Source: Escherichia phage EscoHU1
DNA length: 64,000 nucleotides
Strand: one strand, 5' to 3'
Sequence record: NC_133119.1
Shown here: positions 55,716 through 64,000 of the stretch, in pieces
Layout: each line of letters begins with the position of its first letter
How positions within the stretch are numbered: the stretch's first letter is position 1
Made by a program: the position numbers and the translations under genes
The notes under the pieces: generated by a model
What the model was told of the DNA's origin: nothing
The model's database searches: none
Seen by the model: the letters and a program-made list of their open reading frames with translations, nothing else

Positions 55716-56477
55716 TTACACCTTCCCCATATCCTTAAAGATATCGTAGAATGCTTTAGACTCTGGTGAGCGAACGTTGTCGATCAGTTCGATCATAGAG
55801 AAAGGGGAGTTTTCGTACTTCTCATAGACTTCCATAAGAAGTGCTAGACCTGAATCACCCTTGATGTCTTTCTGAGCTATATCCCCACAGATAATTAAAC
55901 GACAATCTTGTCCTACACGAGTCAAGAGACAGACCATTGCTTCAACGGAGATATTCTGAGCTTCATCGACAATTACATAGGAGTTGTTGAAAGTTCGGCC
56001 ACGGGCGTGTTCGATAGCCAGGAATTTGATTTTCTGACGTTCGACATATCCTTTGTAGGCGTGATCACCGATTGCCCATTTCATGCCATCGGCTATTGGT
56101 TCCAACCAAGGCTCTAGCTTTTCTGCTAGATCACCTGGGAGCATACCAAGAGATTTACCTAGAGGTTCGTTCGGACGCACGAGGATCACTTGCTCAATAT
56201 CTGAGTGAATGTCTACGAGTTCCTGAGCTGCAAGAACGGATGGGATAAAGGTTTTACCAGTACCTGGTTCACCGATACCCACAGTCACTGTGTTATTCTT
56301 GATCATATTGATATATGATTTTTGCTCACAGTTTTTACCAACTAGGGATTTAGCAACTGGATTGGCATAATCACCAGAGAAATCTGCTTGAATTACGTTA
56401 CTCTCGTACTTGTTGCCACGCTTTCTTGAACCATTGCGGTTCTCTCTTTTTTGACGTGCTTTTCCCATAAATAACAC
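55716..56477 (-). CDS. phoH: PhoH-like ATPase
   Basis: 253 aa; P-loop GEPGTGKT and PhoH-type downstream motifs. Confidence 0.8.
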   Translation of the reverse strand: MLFMGKARQKRENRNGSRKRGNKYESNVIQADFSGDYANPVAKSLVGKNCEQKSYINMIKNNTVTVGIGEPGTGKTFIPSVLAAQELVDIHSDIEQVILVRPNEPLGKSLGMLPGDLAEKLEPWLEPIADGMKWAIGDHAYKGYVERQKIKFLAIEHARGRTFNNSYVIVDEAQNISVEAMVCLLTRVGQDCRLIICGDIAQKDIKGDSGLALLMEVYEKYENSPFSMIELIDNVRSPESKAFYDIFKDMGKV

Positions 56478-56541
56478 TCCTATAGTGTACTTCGCTAACA
56501 GAGGATCAACAAAAAGATCTTGTTTATCAACTTACAAATAT

Positions 56542-56570
56542 ATTATACCAATATATGTGGTAGAAAGCAA
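56542..56570 (-). promoter_or_regulatory. early sigma70 promoter (-35 TTGCTT, -10 TATAAT) before phoH
   Basis: 17-bp spacer. Confidence 0.7.
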
Positions 56571-56762
56571 CTACAATTTTAAATAAGCCTATGATATTGC
56601 ATTTAAATAAAAAATTTGCTTGCTTTTATTGGGAAATGTATGGTACTAGATAATCATTTTATATCGCGTACACGGGGGCGTGATTATACTATTTTTAGTA
56701 GAGGTTGGCAAATAAAATTTTTTGACTCAGATCAATTTACAGAATGTTATAGTAAAATATTG

Positions 56763-56791
56763 TTGACATCCGCCTTCGAATGAGTTATAAT
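56763..56791 (+). promoter_or_regulatory. consensus sigma70 promoter (-35 TTGACA, 17 bp, -10 TATAAT) before nrdD
   Basis: Both hexamers perfect; AAGGAGAG RBS and ATG at 56821. Confidence 0.8.
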
Positions 56792-56820
56792 AGTAGTCTT
56801 AGTTAGAGAAGGAGAGTATA

Positions 56821-58695
56821 ATGAATCGCAATGAAGAACTAAAGTATAAAGGAATGCAGTCCTTGATTAGAAACTGCAAAGAAATTATCGAAGGATCAGC
56901 AGATGAAGAGCTACTCTTTAATAATGCGAACAAACCAAGTGAACGTTTCCCTACACAAAGGGATATGCTTGCAGGGGAATTGAGTAAATATCTGATTCTG
57001 GAAGAAATGCCAATCCAGATTCGAAATGCTCACATGATTGGTGATATTCACTTCCATGATGCTGATTACGCTGCGTTAGGTATGACTAACTGTTGCCTGG
57101 TTGCTTTGGAAGATATGTTGAAGAATGGTATGAAGGTTGGTAATGCTGAAATCAGTACACCAAACTCTATTACTACTGCGGCTGCTATCACAGCTCAGAT
57201 TATCACTCAGGTTAGCTCCCATCAATATGGTGGTACTTCTGTAGACCGATTAGATGAAGTACTGGCTCCTTATGTTCGTAAGTCTTATGATAAGAATCAT
57301 GCGTTTGCAAAGCGTTGGACTAAGGATGAAGCCAAAGCATCTGTAATGGCTACGGAAATGACTGAGAAAGAAGTTTACGATGCCTGTCAAGGTCTAGAGT
57401 ATGAAATCAATACGATGTTCAACTCTAATGGTCAGAGTCCATTTATTACCTTTGGTTTTGGTCTAGGAACTTCCTGGGAAGCACGTCTTGTACAGAAAGC
57501 AATCTTAGAAGTGCGTATGGATGGTTTGGGTATCAATAAACGTACAGCTATCTTTCCTAAACTGGTATTTGTTTTGCGTGATGGCGTAAATATGAAACCT
57601 GGTGATGTTAACTATGATATCAAGAAGTTAGCTATGAAATGTACTGCTGAACGTATATATCCTGACTACATCAGTTATGATAAGGTTGTAGAAGTTACGG
57701 GAGACTACAAAGTCTCTATGGGCTGTCGTTCATTCCTGGCTGCTGCGGAAGATGGTGAAACTTCTGGTCGTAACAACTTAGGCGTTGTTTCCGTAAACCT
57801 TCCTCGAATCGCTATCGAAGCGGAAGGAAATATTGATATATTCTTCGATCTGCTTGAGCTGCGTGTGGATACCGCGTTAAAAGCATTGGAGTGGAGGGTT
57901 GATCGCTTAAAATACATTCAAGCTAAAGCTGCGCCCATCCTCTATATGTCAGGAGCCTTTGGATTACGTCTGGGGCCAGATGAATATGTATTTGATCATT
58001 TCTACAAGCGTGCTTCTGTATCTCTAGGATATATTGGTTGCCACGAAATGTTGCAGCTCATGTTTGGTAAAGATGTAGATACAATGTCTGAGTCTTGTAC
58101 CAAGTTCGTTCAACGTGTGCTACAATATATGCGTGATCGTGCTGATCAGAAGAAGGAAGAGACTCAACTAGGGTATAGTCTGTATGCTACACCATCTGAA
58201 TCTCTATGTGATCGCTTCTGTCGCCTAGACCGTGAGTATTTCCCAGAGCATGAAGATATTCTGGCTAAAGGATATTACACTAATTCCCATCACCTTGATG
58301 TGGAACGTAAGGTTGCTCCAAATGTGAAGTTTGATTATGAGTCTAACTTTACTCCTATTGCTTCTGGTGGGTGCATTTCCTATGTGGAATTACCGGATAT
58401 GAAACGATTCCCTGATGCACTGGAATGGGTTATTAACTATGCTGCAAGTAAAGTTCATTACTTCGGTATTAATACTCCAGTAGACTCTTGTGGGGAATGT
58501 GGGTTCTTGGGTGAAACTATAGCTTCTGAGGATGGTTTCAAATGCCCAATTTGTGGCAATCATGATCCTGAGACTCTTGAGGTAACTCGTCGAGTTTGTG
58601 GATATCTTGGAAATCCAGGTGCTCGTCCATTTAACCCAGGTAAACAACATGAGGTTATGGGTCGAGTGAAACATCAGGACATTCGCGCTAAATAA
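56821..58695 (+). CDS. nrdD: anaerobic ribonucleoside-triphosphate reductase (class III)
   Basis: 624 aa; C-terminal Cys cluster and glycyl-radical motif TRRVCGYLG. Confidence 0.85.
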   Translation: MNRNEELKYKGMQSLIRNCKEIIEGSADEELLFNNANKPSERFPTQRDMLAGELSKYLILEEMPIQIRNAHMIGDIHFHDADYAALGMTNCCLVALEDMLKNGMKVGNAEISTPNSITTAAAITAQIITQVSSHQYGGTSVDRLDEVLAPYVRKSYDKNHAFAKRWTKDEAKASVMATEMTEKEVYDACQGLEYEINTMFNSNGQSPFITFGFGLGTSWEARLVQKAILEVRMDGLGINKRTAIFPKLVFVLRDGVNMKPGDVNYDIKKLAMKCTAERIYPDYISYDKVVEVTGDYKVSMGCRSFLAAAEDGETSGRNNLGVVSVNLPRIAIEAEGNIDIFFDLLELRVDTALKALEWRVDRLKYIQAKAAPILYMSGAFGLRLGPDEYVFDHFYKRASVSLGYIGCHEMLQLMFGKDVDTMSESCTKFVQRVLQYMRDRADQKKEETQLGYSLYATPSESLCDRFCRLDREYFPEHEDILAKGYYTNSHHLDVERKVAPNVKFDYESNFTPIASGGCISYVELPDMKRFPDALEWVINYAASKVHYFGINTPVDSCGECGFLGETIASEDGFKCPICGNHDPETLEVTRRVCGYLGNPGARPFNPGKQHEVMGRVKHQDIRAK

Positions 58696-58701
58696 TGAAT
58701 C

Positions 58702-58726
58702 AGCCAGGTTGCTAGTCGACCTGGCT
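58702..58726 (+). terminator. rho-independent terminator after nrdD
   Basis: AGCCAGGT-loop-ACCTGGCT then TTTTATTTTATTT. Confidence 0.7.
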
Positions 58727-58793
58727 TTTATTTTATTTGCTTTCGAGCTAAAACTTATGTATAATTGATTTATAAATTTGAGAGGAGAAAGCT

Positions 58794-59075
58794 ATGAGCG
58801 AATTGCTTCCGAAAGTAGATGTTTCCCATCTTGGAGAGCCTAGTGAAGAACGTAAGGCTCTAGATTGGTTGGGCGGATTTGATTATCGTCGTGTTGTTGC
58901 AACATGGAATGATAAGAAAGTTAAGAAGTTTCGGATACATTATGTAGGTAAAGACAAGTGGCTCTGGATTGATTATGAAGAATCGAAGGGGTCTACTAAG
59001 GCTGTGAAAATTTATCGTATGTATGGGTATTATTATGCTCACTGTGATAAGAATGAATTTACAGTACAGAACTAA
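58794..59075 (+). CDS. hypothetical protein
   Basis: 93 aa; GAGGAG RBS. Confidence 0.45.
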   Translation: MSELLPKVDVSHLGEPSEERKALDWLGGFDYRRVVATWNDKKVKKFRIHYVGKDKWLWIDYEESKGSTKAVKIYRMYGYYYAHCDKNEFTVQN

Positions 59076-59084
59076 GGAACAAGA

Positions 59085-59288
59085 ATGAAAAACGTAAAAC
59101 ATCTTAAGTATCGCTTAATTTACAACGGACGTATGGAAACAGAAGATCTAGCTCAGCTAGCGATCAATTCAGATGAAGTTACAGTTCGTGCTTTGTCCAT
59201 CGAGAAGCTGCGTGCTTCTTACGAAAATCGTATTATGGAATTGGAGGAAAAACTTTATGGACTTCTTGAATCAGAATCTAAAAAGTAA
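59085..59288 (+). CDS. hypothetical protein
   Basis: 67 aa ORF. Confidence 0.4.
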   Translation: MKNVKHLKYRLIYNGRMETEDLAQLAINSDEVTVRALSIEKLRASYENRIMELEEKLYGLLESESKK

Positions 59289-59451
59289 TTTAGAAAATAT
59301 GCTTATGGAGCAGTGGAATGCTGGGTATAATGCTGGAGTAGCTACCTGTATTGCTGGTTTGGATATGCTTATTAAGCAAGAGAAGGTTCGCCCAGAAGAA
59401 GCAATTCTGCTCCAAAATATCATCGAAGGATTCAAGCAAGGAATCGTATAA
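59257..59451 (+). CDS. hypothetical protein
   Basis: GGAGG RBS then ATG; stop overlaps Sir2-like start. Confidence 0.4.
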   Translation: MDFLNQNLKSNLENMLMEQWNAGYNAGVATCIAGLDMLIKQEKVRPEEAILLQNIIEGFKQGIV

Positions 59452-60302
59452 TGCGTAGACTAATCGTTGTTAGTGGTGCAGGTTTGAGTGTAGATAGTGG
59501 TGTTCGTGCTTTCCGTACTGATACTGCTAGTGGGAAATCCTTGTGGGATGAGTACGATCTAGAGGAAGTATGTAGCTTGCCTAACTTTGAAGCTGGCTTC
59601 CGTCGCTTCTGTGGTGAAGATGACCCTAACTACTTCAGTGCTCGTTTCCCTGGCATTGATGAAGATGGTAACGATCTGTATCTCAAGACTCATGAGTTCT
59701 ACAACATGCGTCGTCAGGAATTACAGACTGTTGAGCCTAACATTGCCCATCTGCGAATTGCAGAATGGTTCCAGCGTTATGGTGCGGATAGCGTGAAGAA
59801 CTTCACTACTAACGTTGATGACCTTCTGGAACGTGCTGGTATCCCTCGTGATGAAATCATTCACGCTCACGGGTACTTGAAAGAGGTGATCTATCGTCAG
59901 GGTCGCAACCAAATCATCGAAGATGTTGGGTATACTGCGATTGCCCCTGAGGATTACGAATGGGTAAAACCAAACGTAACATTCTTTGGTGAGACGGCTC
60001 CGTGGTATATGGGTCAGATTAACCTGTTTGATACACTTACTAGCAATGATATGGTTATTGTAGTAGGTTGTAGCAACCAAGTAATCGACTTCAACTGGGA
60101 GCTATTTCCTGCTGTATGTCGTGGAACTAAGATGATGGTTGTTAACCCACAAGTTCGTTATGACGAACAGCTTGAGTATGAGAAACGTGGTGTTACTGTA
60201 TGGCGTGCTGGAGCTGCCGAAGTTTTTGGTAACAAACAATTCATTGGCCAAGTTGAAGCTTTTATGGAAGGAACTATTTATGCACCAGAAAAGCATAGGT
60301 GA
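59451..60302 (+). CDS. Sir2-like (sirtuin-family) NAD-dependent enzyme, no obvious zinc ribbon
   Basis: 283 aa; GAGLSVDSGVRAFR, TTNVDDLLERAG, HAHG, VTFFGE. Confidence 0.65.
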   Translation: MRRLIVVSGAGLSVDSGVRAFRTDTASGKSLWDEYDLEEVCSLPNFEAGFRRFCGEDDPNYFSARFPGIDEDGNDLYLKTHEFYNMRRQELQTVEPNIAHLRIAEWFQRYGADSVKNFTTNVDDLLERAGIPRDEIIHAHGYLKEVIYRQGRNQIIEDVGYTAIAPEDYEWVKPNVTFFGETAPWYMGQINLFDTLTSNDMVIVVGCSNQVIDFNWELFPAVCRGTKMMVVNPQVRYDEQLEYEKRGVTVWRAGAAEVFGNKQFIGQVEAFMEGTIYAPEKHR

Positions 60303-60442
60303 TCTTTTAGTATGGCCGGACGGTAGTTGGTGCTACCGTTTCGAATTTGCTACCGATGACTTCTCATGGAAGAGTGATGATTTCTGTGTTATCTACGAAG
60401 ATACAGCAGAATGGAAAGAATTCCTGATTAAGGAGGGAGAAT

Positions 60443-60628
60443 ATGGTGAAGAAGATTTTTAAGGGTATCTGGAAAGGTCTAGTATGGTTTGTCAACCTAA
60501 TTGGTGTGATTACCATTTATTCTCTGTTCCTATCTGTTATATGGGGTAAAGGTGAACTGAAGGTTCCAGTTCCTTTTACTGATGAAGTTAAAGTCTGGAC
60601 GTGGGATGCTACTGGTGGAAATAAGTAA
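60443..60628 (+). CDS. small membrane protein
   Basis: 61 aa with TM segment. Confidence 0.4.
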   Translation: MVKKIFKGIWKGLVWFVNLIGVITIYSLFLSVIWGKGELKVPVPFTDEVKVWTWDATGGNK

Positions 60629-61121
60629 TACTCCTGTGATTTTCCTGGATATTGATGGGGTGCTCAATTCGAGCATCTCTCACCATCATGCCCCAGATAA
60701 TGAAAAGCTGTTCTTTGGCAGTGATTGGGTTTATAAACCATTACTCCAGGCTTTTCAGAACTTCCTTAAACCTTCTCCAATAATGATTGTTGGGGTATCT
60801 TCATGGTTTTCTGTACGAAACGAGATGGAGAACGTTCAGATTATGACCGGGCTCGGTTTGATCGATCGTTTCCTTGGTACAACAGATTTTACTGGAGGTG
60901 GTTTATCTCGAGGTAATTCTGTCTTACGTTTCGTAGAAAAACATAAGCTCAAGCATTGGTGCGTCCTAGATGATGCTGGTGCTATGATGTACCAATTTCC
61001 TACTGTTATTGTAAATGGCAGGACTGGAATAAACCTTCAAGATTTAAATGCTATCAGCTATATGCTGGAATTTAGTCCAGATCTTGAAATGTGTAAGGCT
61101 CTTCAGAAACTTAAGGTATAA
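60582..61121 (+). CDS. HAD-like hydrolase
   Basis: FLDIDGVLN motif; true start may be the internal Met at 60606. Confidence 0.45.
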   Translation: MKLKSGRGMLLVEISNTPVIFLDIDGVLNSSISHHHAPDNEKLFFGSDWVYKPLLQAFQNFLKPSPIMIVGVSSWFSVRNEMENVQIMTGLGLIDRFLGTTDFTGGGLSRGNSVLRFVEKHKLKHWCVLDDAGAMMYQFPTVIVNGRTGINLQDLNAISYMLEFSPDLEMCKALQKLKV

Positions 61122-61123
61122 GC

Positions 61124-61552
61124 ATGTTCAATAATATTTTCATGAAAGAGGTAAATCCTATGCTTCTCAACTTCTGGTGCTCTCTCCCTAATGGTATGTA
61201 TAATGAAACCATCAATCTGCTCAAGATTTGGTGTGAGAATAACGATATCTTCTTATCCTTTAAAGGCCCGCTAGAGGAAGCTCCGTGTATTGGAGTTAGC
61301 GTGGATTTAGGGGAGGGAGTAGAAGAGATTGTAGACTGGAAAGAACTCGATGAAATGGGTCTGGTTTTTGCCTTGAACCATAAGCTGTTTATGCCTGCAA
61401 ATCACCGTCTTATTGTAAATTATCGCACTGGTGAAGCTCCTGCTTTCCAGGTAAATGAACGTGAGGGCTGGTCATATTCGCCCGAGGAAGTAAATGAGGG
61501 GATTCAGAAACTTCGTCGTTTCGGATATATGATCCCAGGTTTAACTGCTTAA
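61124..61552 (+). CDS. hypothetical protein, tandem paralog A
   Basis: 142 aa; C-terminal half similar to next ORF. Confidence 0.5.
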   Translation: MFNNIFMKEVNPMLLNFWCSLPNGMYNETINLLKIWCENNDIFLSFKGPLEEAPCIGVSVDLGEGVEEIVDWKELDEMGLVFALNHKLFMPANHRLIVNYRTGEAPAFQVNEREGWSYSPEEVNEGIQKLRRFGYMIPGLTA

Positions 61553-61561
61553 GGAGGCAGA

Positions 61562-61957
61562 ATGGAACAAGTATTTTGGCGTCAGATAGATCCTAGTTTG
61601 GTAGAGCGTGCTGAGGGGCTCCTTGCACGTTGGTTGGGGGTTGACAAGGTTAGTGTAACATTTCCGTTTACTTCTGTAACAGACCCTAGTGTAGGTGTCT
61701 TTGTGGACGAAAATGAAGATGATGGTTGGGAAGCTGACTGGAATGAATTGTCCAGCATGGGCTTGATTGTTGCCCTCAACTTCTCTATATTCCATCCACG
61801 TGGCTTAGCCATTACACGTGACCCCGAAACTGGTGAATCCCCTTATCTTTTGCAAGTAGAAGATGATATTTGGGAGTACACCGAAGATATTCTCGAAGAA
61901 GCTAAAGGTCAATTAAATCGCATTGGAATCTATGTCCCAGGCCTAAATGATGATTGA
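61562..61957 (+). CDS. hypothetical protein, tandem paralog B
   Basis: 131 aa; GGAGG RBS; shares ...GL[IV][FV]ALN...[IM]PGL with previous ORF. Confidence 0.5.
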   Translation: MEQVFWRQIDPSLVERAEGLLARWLGVDKVSVTFPFTSVTDPSVGVFVDENEDDGWEADWNELSSMGLIVALNFSIFHPRGLAITRDPETGESPYLLQVEDDIWEYTEDILEEAKGQLNRIGIYVPGLNDD

Positions 61958-61980
61958 TTTTCATTAGCTCAATCCTGATT

Positions 61981-62001
61981 ACCGAGTCAAAATGACTCGG
62001 T
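61981..62001 (+). terminator. rho-independent terminator
   Basis: ACCGAGTCA-AAAT-GACTCGGT then TTTCTCT. Confidence 0.65.
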
Positions 62002-62062
62002 TTTCTCTGTGCTCAAGGACACTGATAGCACCTTCGGAAAAATTTTACTTGCAGGATGCTCA

Positions 62063-62075
62063 AAATCTTGATATA
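62063..62075 (+). promoter_or_regulatory. candidate extended -10 promoter (TGATATAAT)
   Basis: TG-N-TATAAT read directly; no clear -35. Confidence 0.35.
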
Positions 62076-62573
62076 ATATTTATATTGAATTGAGAGACAT
62101 TAGTAAAAATTGATTTTGCTAATTTTTCTTGTTTACAATCCGCAATACGGAACAGTTAGGCTGCCCCATTAAGGGTTGTTTTAACTATTACTAGTGTTTA
62201 TACTGCATTAGTTAATTATCAATTAAGTGATCTGCGTACCCTGAATTCGGAAAGGTAAATCCAAACCGTGCATATTTAGCTCGTTATATAGGCAGAGTTT
62301 TATATGGGGGTGCGAACGAAAAGAGCAGCGAATGGTGACACGTCCAGTAGCCACCTACCAATAGGATAGTGAGGGCAATCAGAATCGGCTTAGCGGCCAA
62401 TGACCTAGGTTCTGATCTGGATAAGAGTTAAGAGAGCGCAGCACTGAGGTATGATAACTTATTCATACTGCTTGATGATGATTAATGTTTGTGTAAATGG
62501 TAGTAATAGTTGTTCTATTCTTCTGAATAGTCCTAAAGAAAGATATCCGAATAACCAACATAGGAGTATTGTT

Positions 62574-64000
62574 GTGTTCTCAATCCTACAAGGTCACGCA
62601 GGATTTTCCAGAGATAAAGCCACTGGCATCTGGAAAGAGATCAAAGTGGAAGATTACACCTTTGCAAAGCGATTCTCTAAAGAGCATCCAGAAGGTAAAC
62701 CAGCTTCCATGCCCTTCAAATTTGATGTACTTGAAGAACTTGACCCGCAAAACCTTGCTGAAATGTTACCTATCATGCGTCGTCTTACCAAAGACCCGCA
62801 TATTGTAGCTATTCGTGGTAAATGTTTAGCCCCAAAAGATAATGTGCGTCGTACCAGGGGAAACTTTAACGTATCCAATCCTAGTCATATTATTGCTATG
62901 GACGTGGATGGTATTGTAGATACTGGTGGTTATGACAAGTTTAATCTTGTTGGCATGGCACGTCATATTATTAAGATGTTGAATAGTATTAGCGAGGATA
63001 TGTTTCCTCTTGATGCAGGGTTTATTGCCCATGCATCGTCTTCGGCTGGATTAAAACCAGGTATCCGAATGCACTTAATGCTAGAATCTAATGTCAAGGT
63101 AACGCAGGGACAGTTAAAGTTCTTATTTACATCTATCAATGACAGTAGTAAGCAAAAGTATGGCTTTGATATTGCTGACTTAGCTTATTATTCTTCTGTT
63201 CAGCTTCACTATTTTGCAGATCCCTTATTTGATGATGGTATAGTCGATCCGTTTAAAGCGGAGAATAAACCACGTCTTGTATATGTTAAGGGTTCGAAGG
63301 TGAATCTACCTAATAACCTAGTTGACTTTGAAACAACTAGAGGTGAGTTTAAAGAAGAGTTCTACTCCTTACTTGATCAAATTAAAGGCAAGAAGGCTGC
63401 ATCTGATAAAGTGGAAGAAACCATCAGCGAACTAGAAGAAGCTGAGGATGGAGTGTACCTGCGTATTATCCCAAAACTTTATCACAGAGCGTTAGAAGAT
63501 GGTGTTGACTTTACGTGGTTAGAACGTGAGATTAAACCAGCTTTATCTGAGTATATTGCGACTAAAGATAATAGTCGTAATATTCAAGATTACTTTAATA
63601 ACGGTCGTAAGCAGGCTCTCAAAGCCTTTGTAAATAACTCCAAACGTGAGATTCCACCAAACTTAAAAGGTGTACCATTAAAACGTCTAGACACAGATTC
63701 TCCACCAGAAGTTCCGTACCTGAAAATTAACATTGTACCCCCAAAAGGACATTTAACATTTGTTAAGGCAAGTCTTGGTACGGGTAAAACTACAGCAGTA
63801 ACTAAGTGGCTAGATGCAGGTGTTCTTCCAGGAAACTTTATTGCAATCACAAATACTAGGGCACTTGTATCTTCTAACGCGAAGAAATTCGGTGCTGGTC
63901 AGTATGATAAGTCAGTTGATATGCTGAACTTCAAACGTGGTGCCATTGATCGTATGTCTTCAACTATTCACTCTATCCATAAGTTCAAGAGCTTTGTGGG
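62574..64000 (+). CDS. replication protein, primase-helicase-like, N-terminal part (runs off window)
   Basis: Open frame from GTG after TAGGAG RBS to window end; Walker A LGTGKTT near 63780; start uncertain. Confidence 0.5.
   Translation, partial: MFSILQGHAGFSRDKATGIWKEIKVEDYTFAKRFSKEHPEGKPASMPFKFDVLEELDPQNLAEMLPIMRRLTKDPHIVAIRGKCLAPKDNVRRTRGNFNVSNPSHIIAMDVDGIVDTGGYDKFNLVGMARHIIKMLNSISEDMFPLDAGFIAHASSSAGLKPGIRMHLMLESNVKVTQGQLKFLFTSINDSSKQKYGFDIADLAYYSSVQLHYFADPLFDDGIVDPFKAENKPRLVYVKGSKVNLPNNLVDFETTRGEFKEEFYSLLDQIKGKKAASDKVEETISELEEAEDGVYLRIIPKLYHRALEDGVDFTWLEREIKPALSEYIATKDNSRNIQDYFNNGRKQALKAFVNNSKREIPPNLKGVPLKRLDTDSPPEVPYLKINIVPPKGHLTFVKASLGTGKTTAVTKWLDAGVLPGNFIAITNTRALVSSNAKKFGAGQYDKSVDMLNFKRGAIDRMSSTIHSIHKFKSFV

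Overview
The window reads as the left ~64 kb of a T5-like (Tequintavirus-type) phage genome, judged from gene content and order; no database search was possible. Coordinates 1-10,300 look like the pre-early terminal-repeat region (dmp, A1, A2 on the minus strand, a plus-strand cluster, then a dense array of iterons, DnaA boxes and LexA-like palindromes at the presumed injection-stop boundary). From 10.6 to 56.5 kb is a long minus-strand early region driven by about 25 near-identical sigma70 promoters, containing 28 tRNA genes plus several defective tRNA-like elements, lysis genes, nucleotide metabolism (dNMP kinase, ThyA, DHFR, NrdAB, GrcA), RNase H, PhoH, and a PnuC/NadR-like NAD salvage pair. 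Plus-strand units carry NrdD, a Sir2-like protein and the start of a primase-helicase gene. The strongest candidate for something undescribed is a GC-richer ~0.86 kb ORF-free island at 43341-44199 transcribed from an early promoter; a plus-strand island of low-complexity proteins (39946-41635) and the NAD-related gene set are next. tRNA anticodons were assigned by manual folding and should be confirmed with tRNAscan-SE or ARAGORN.
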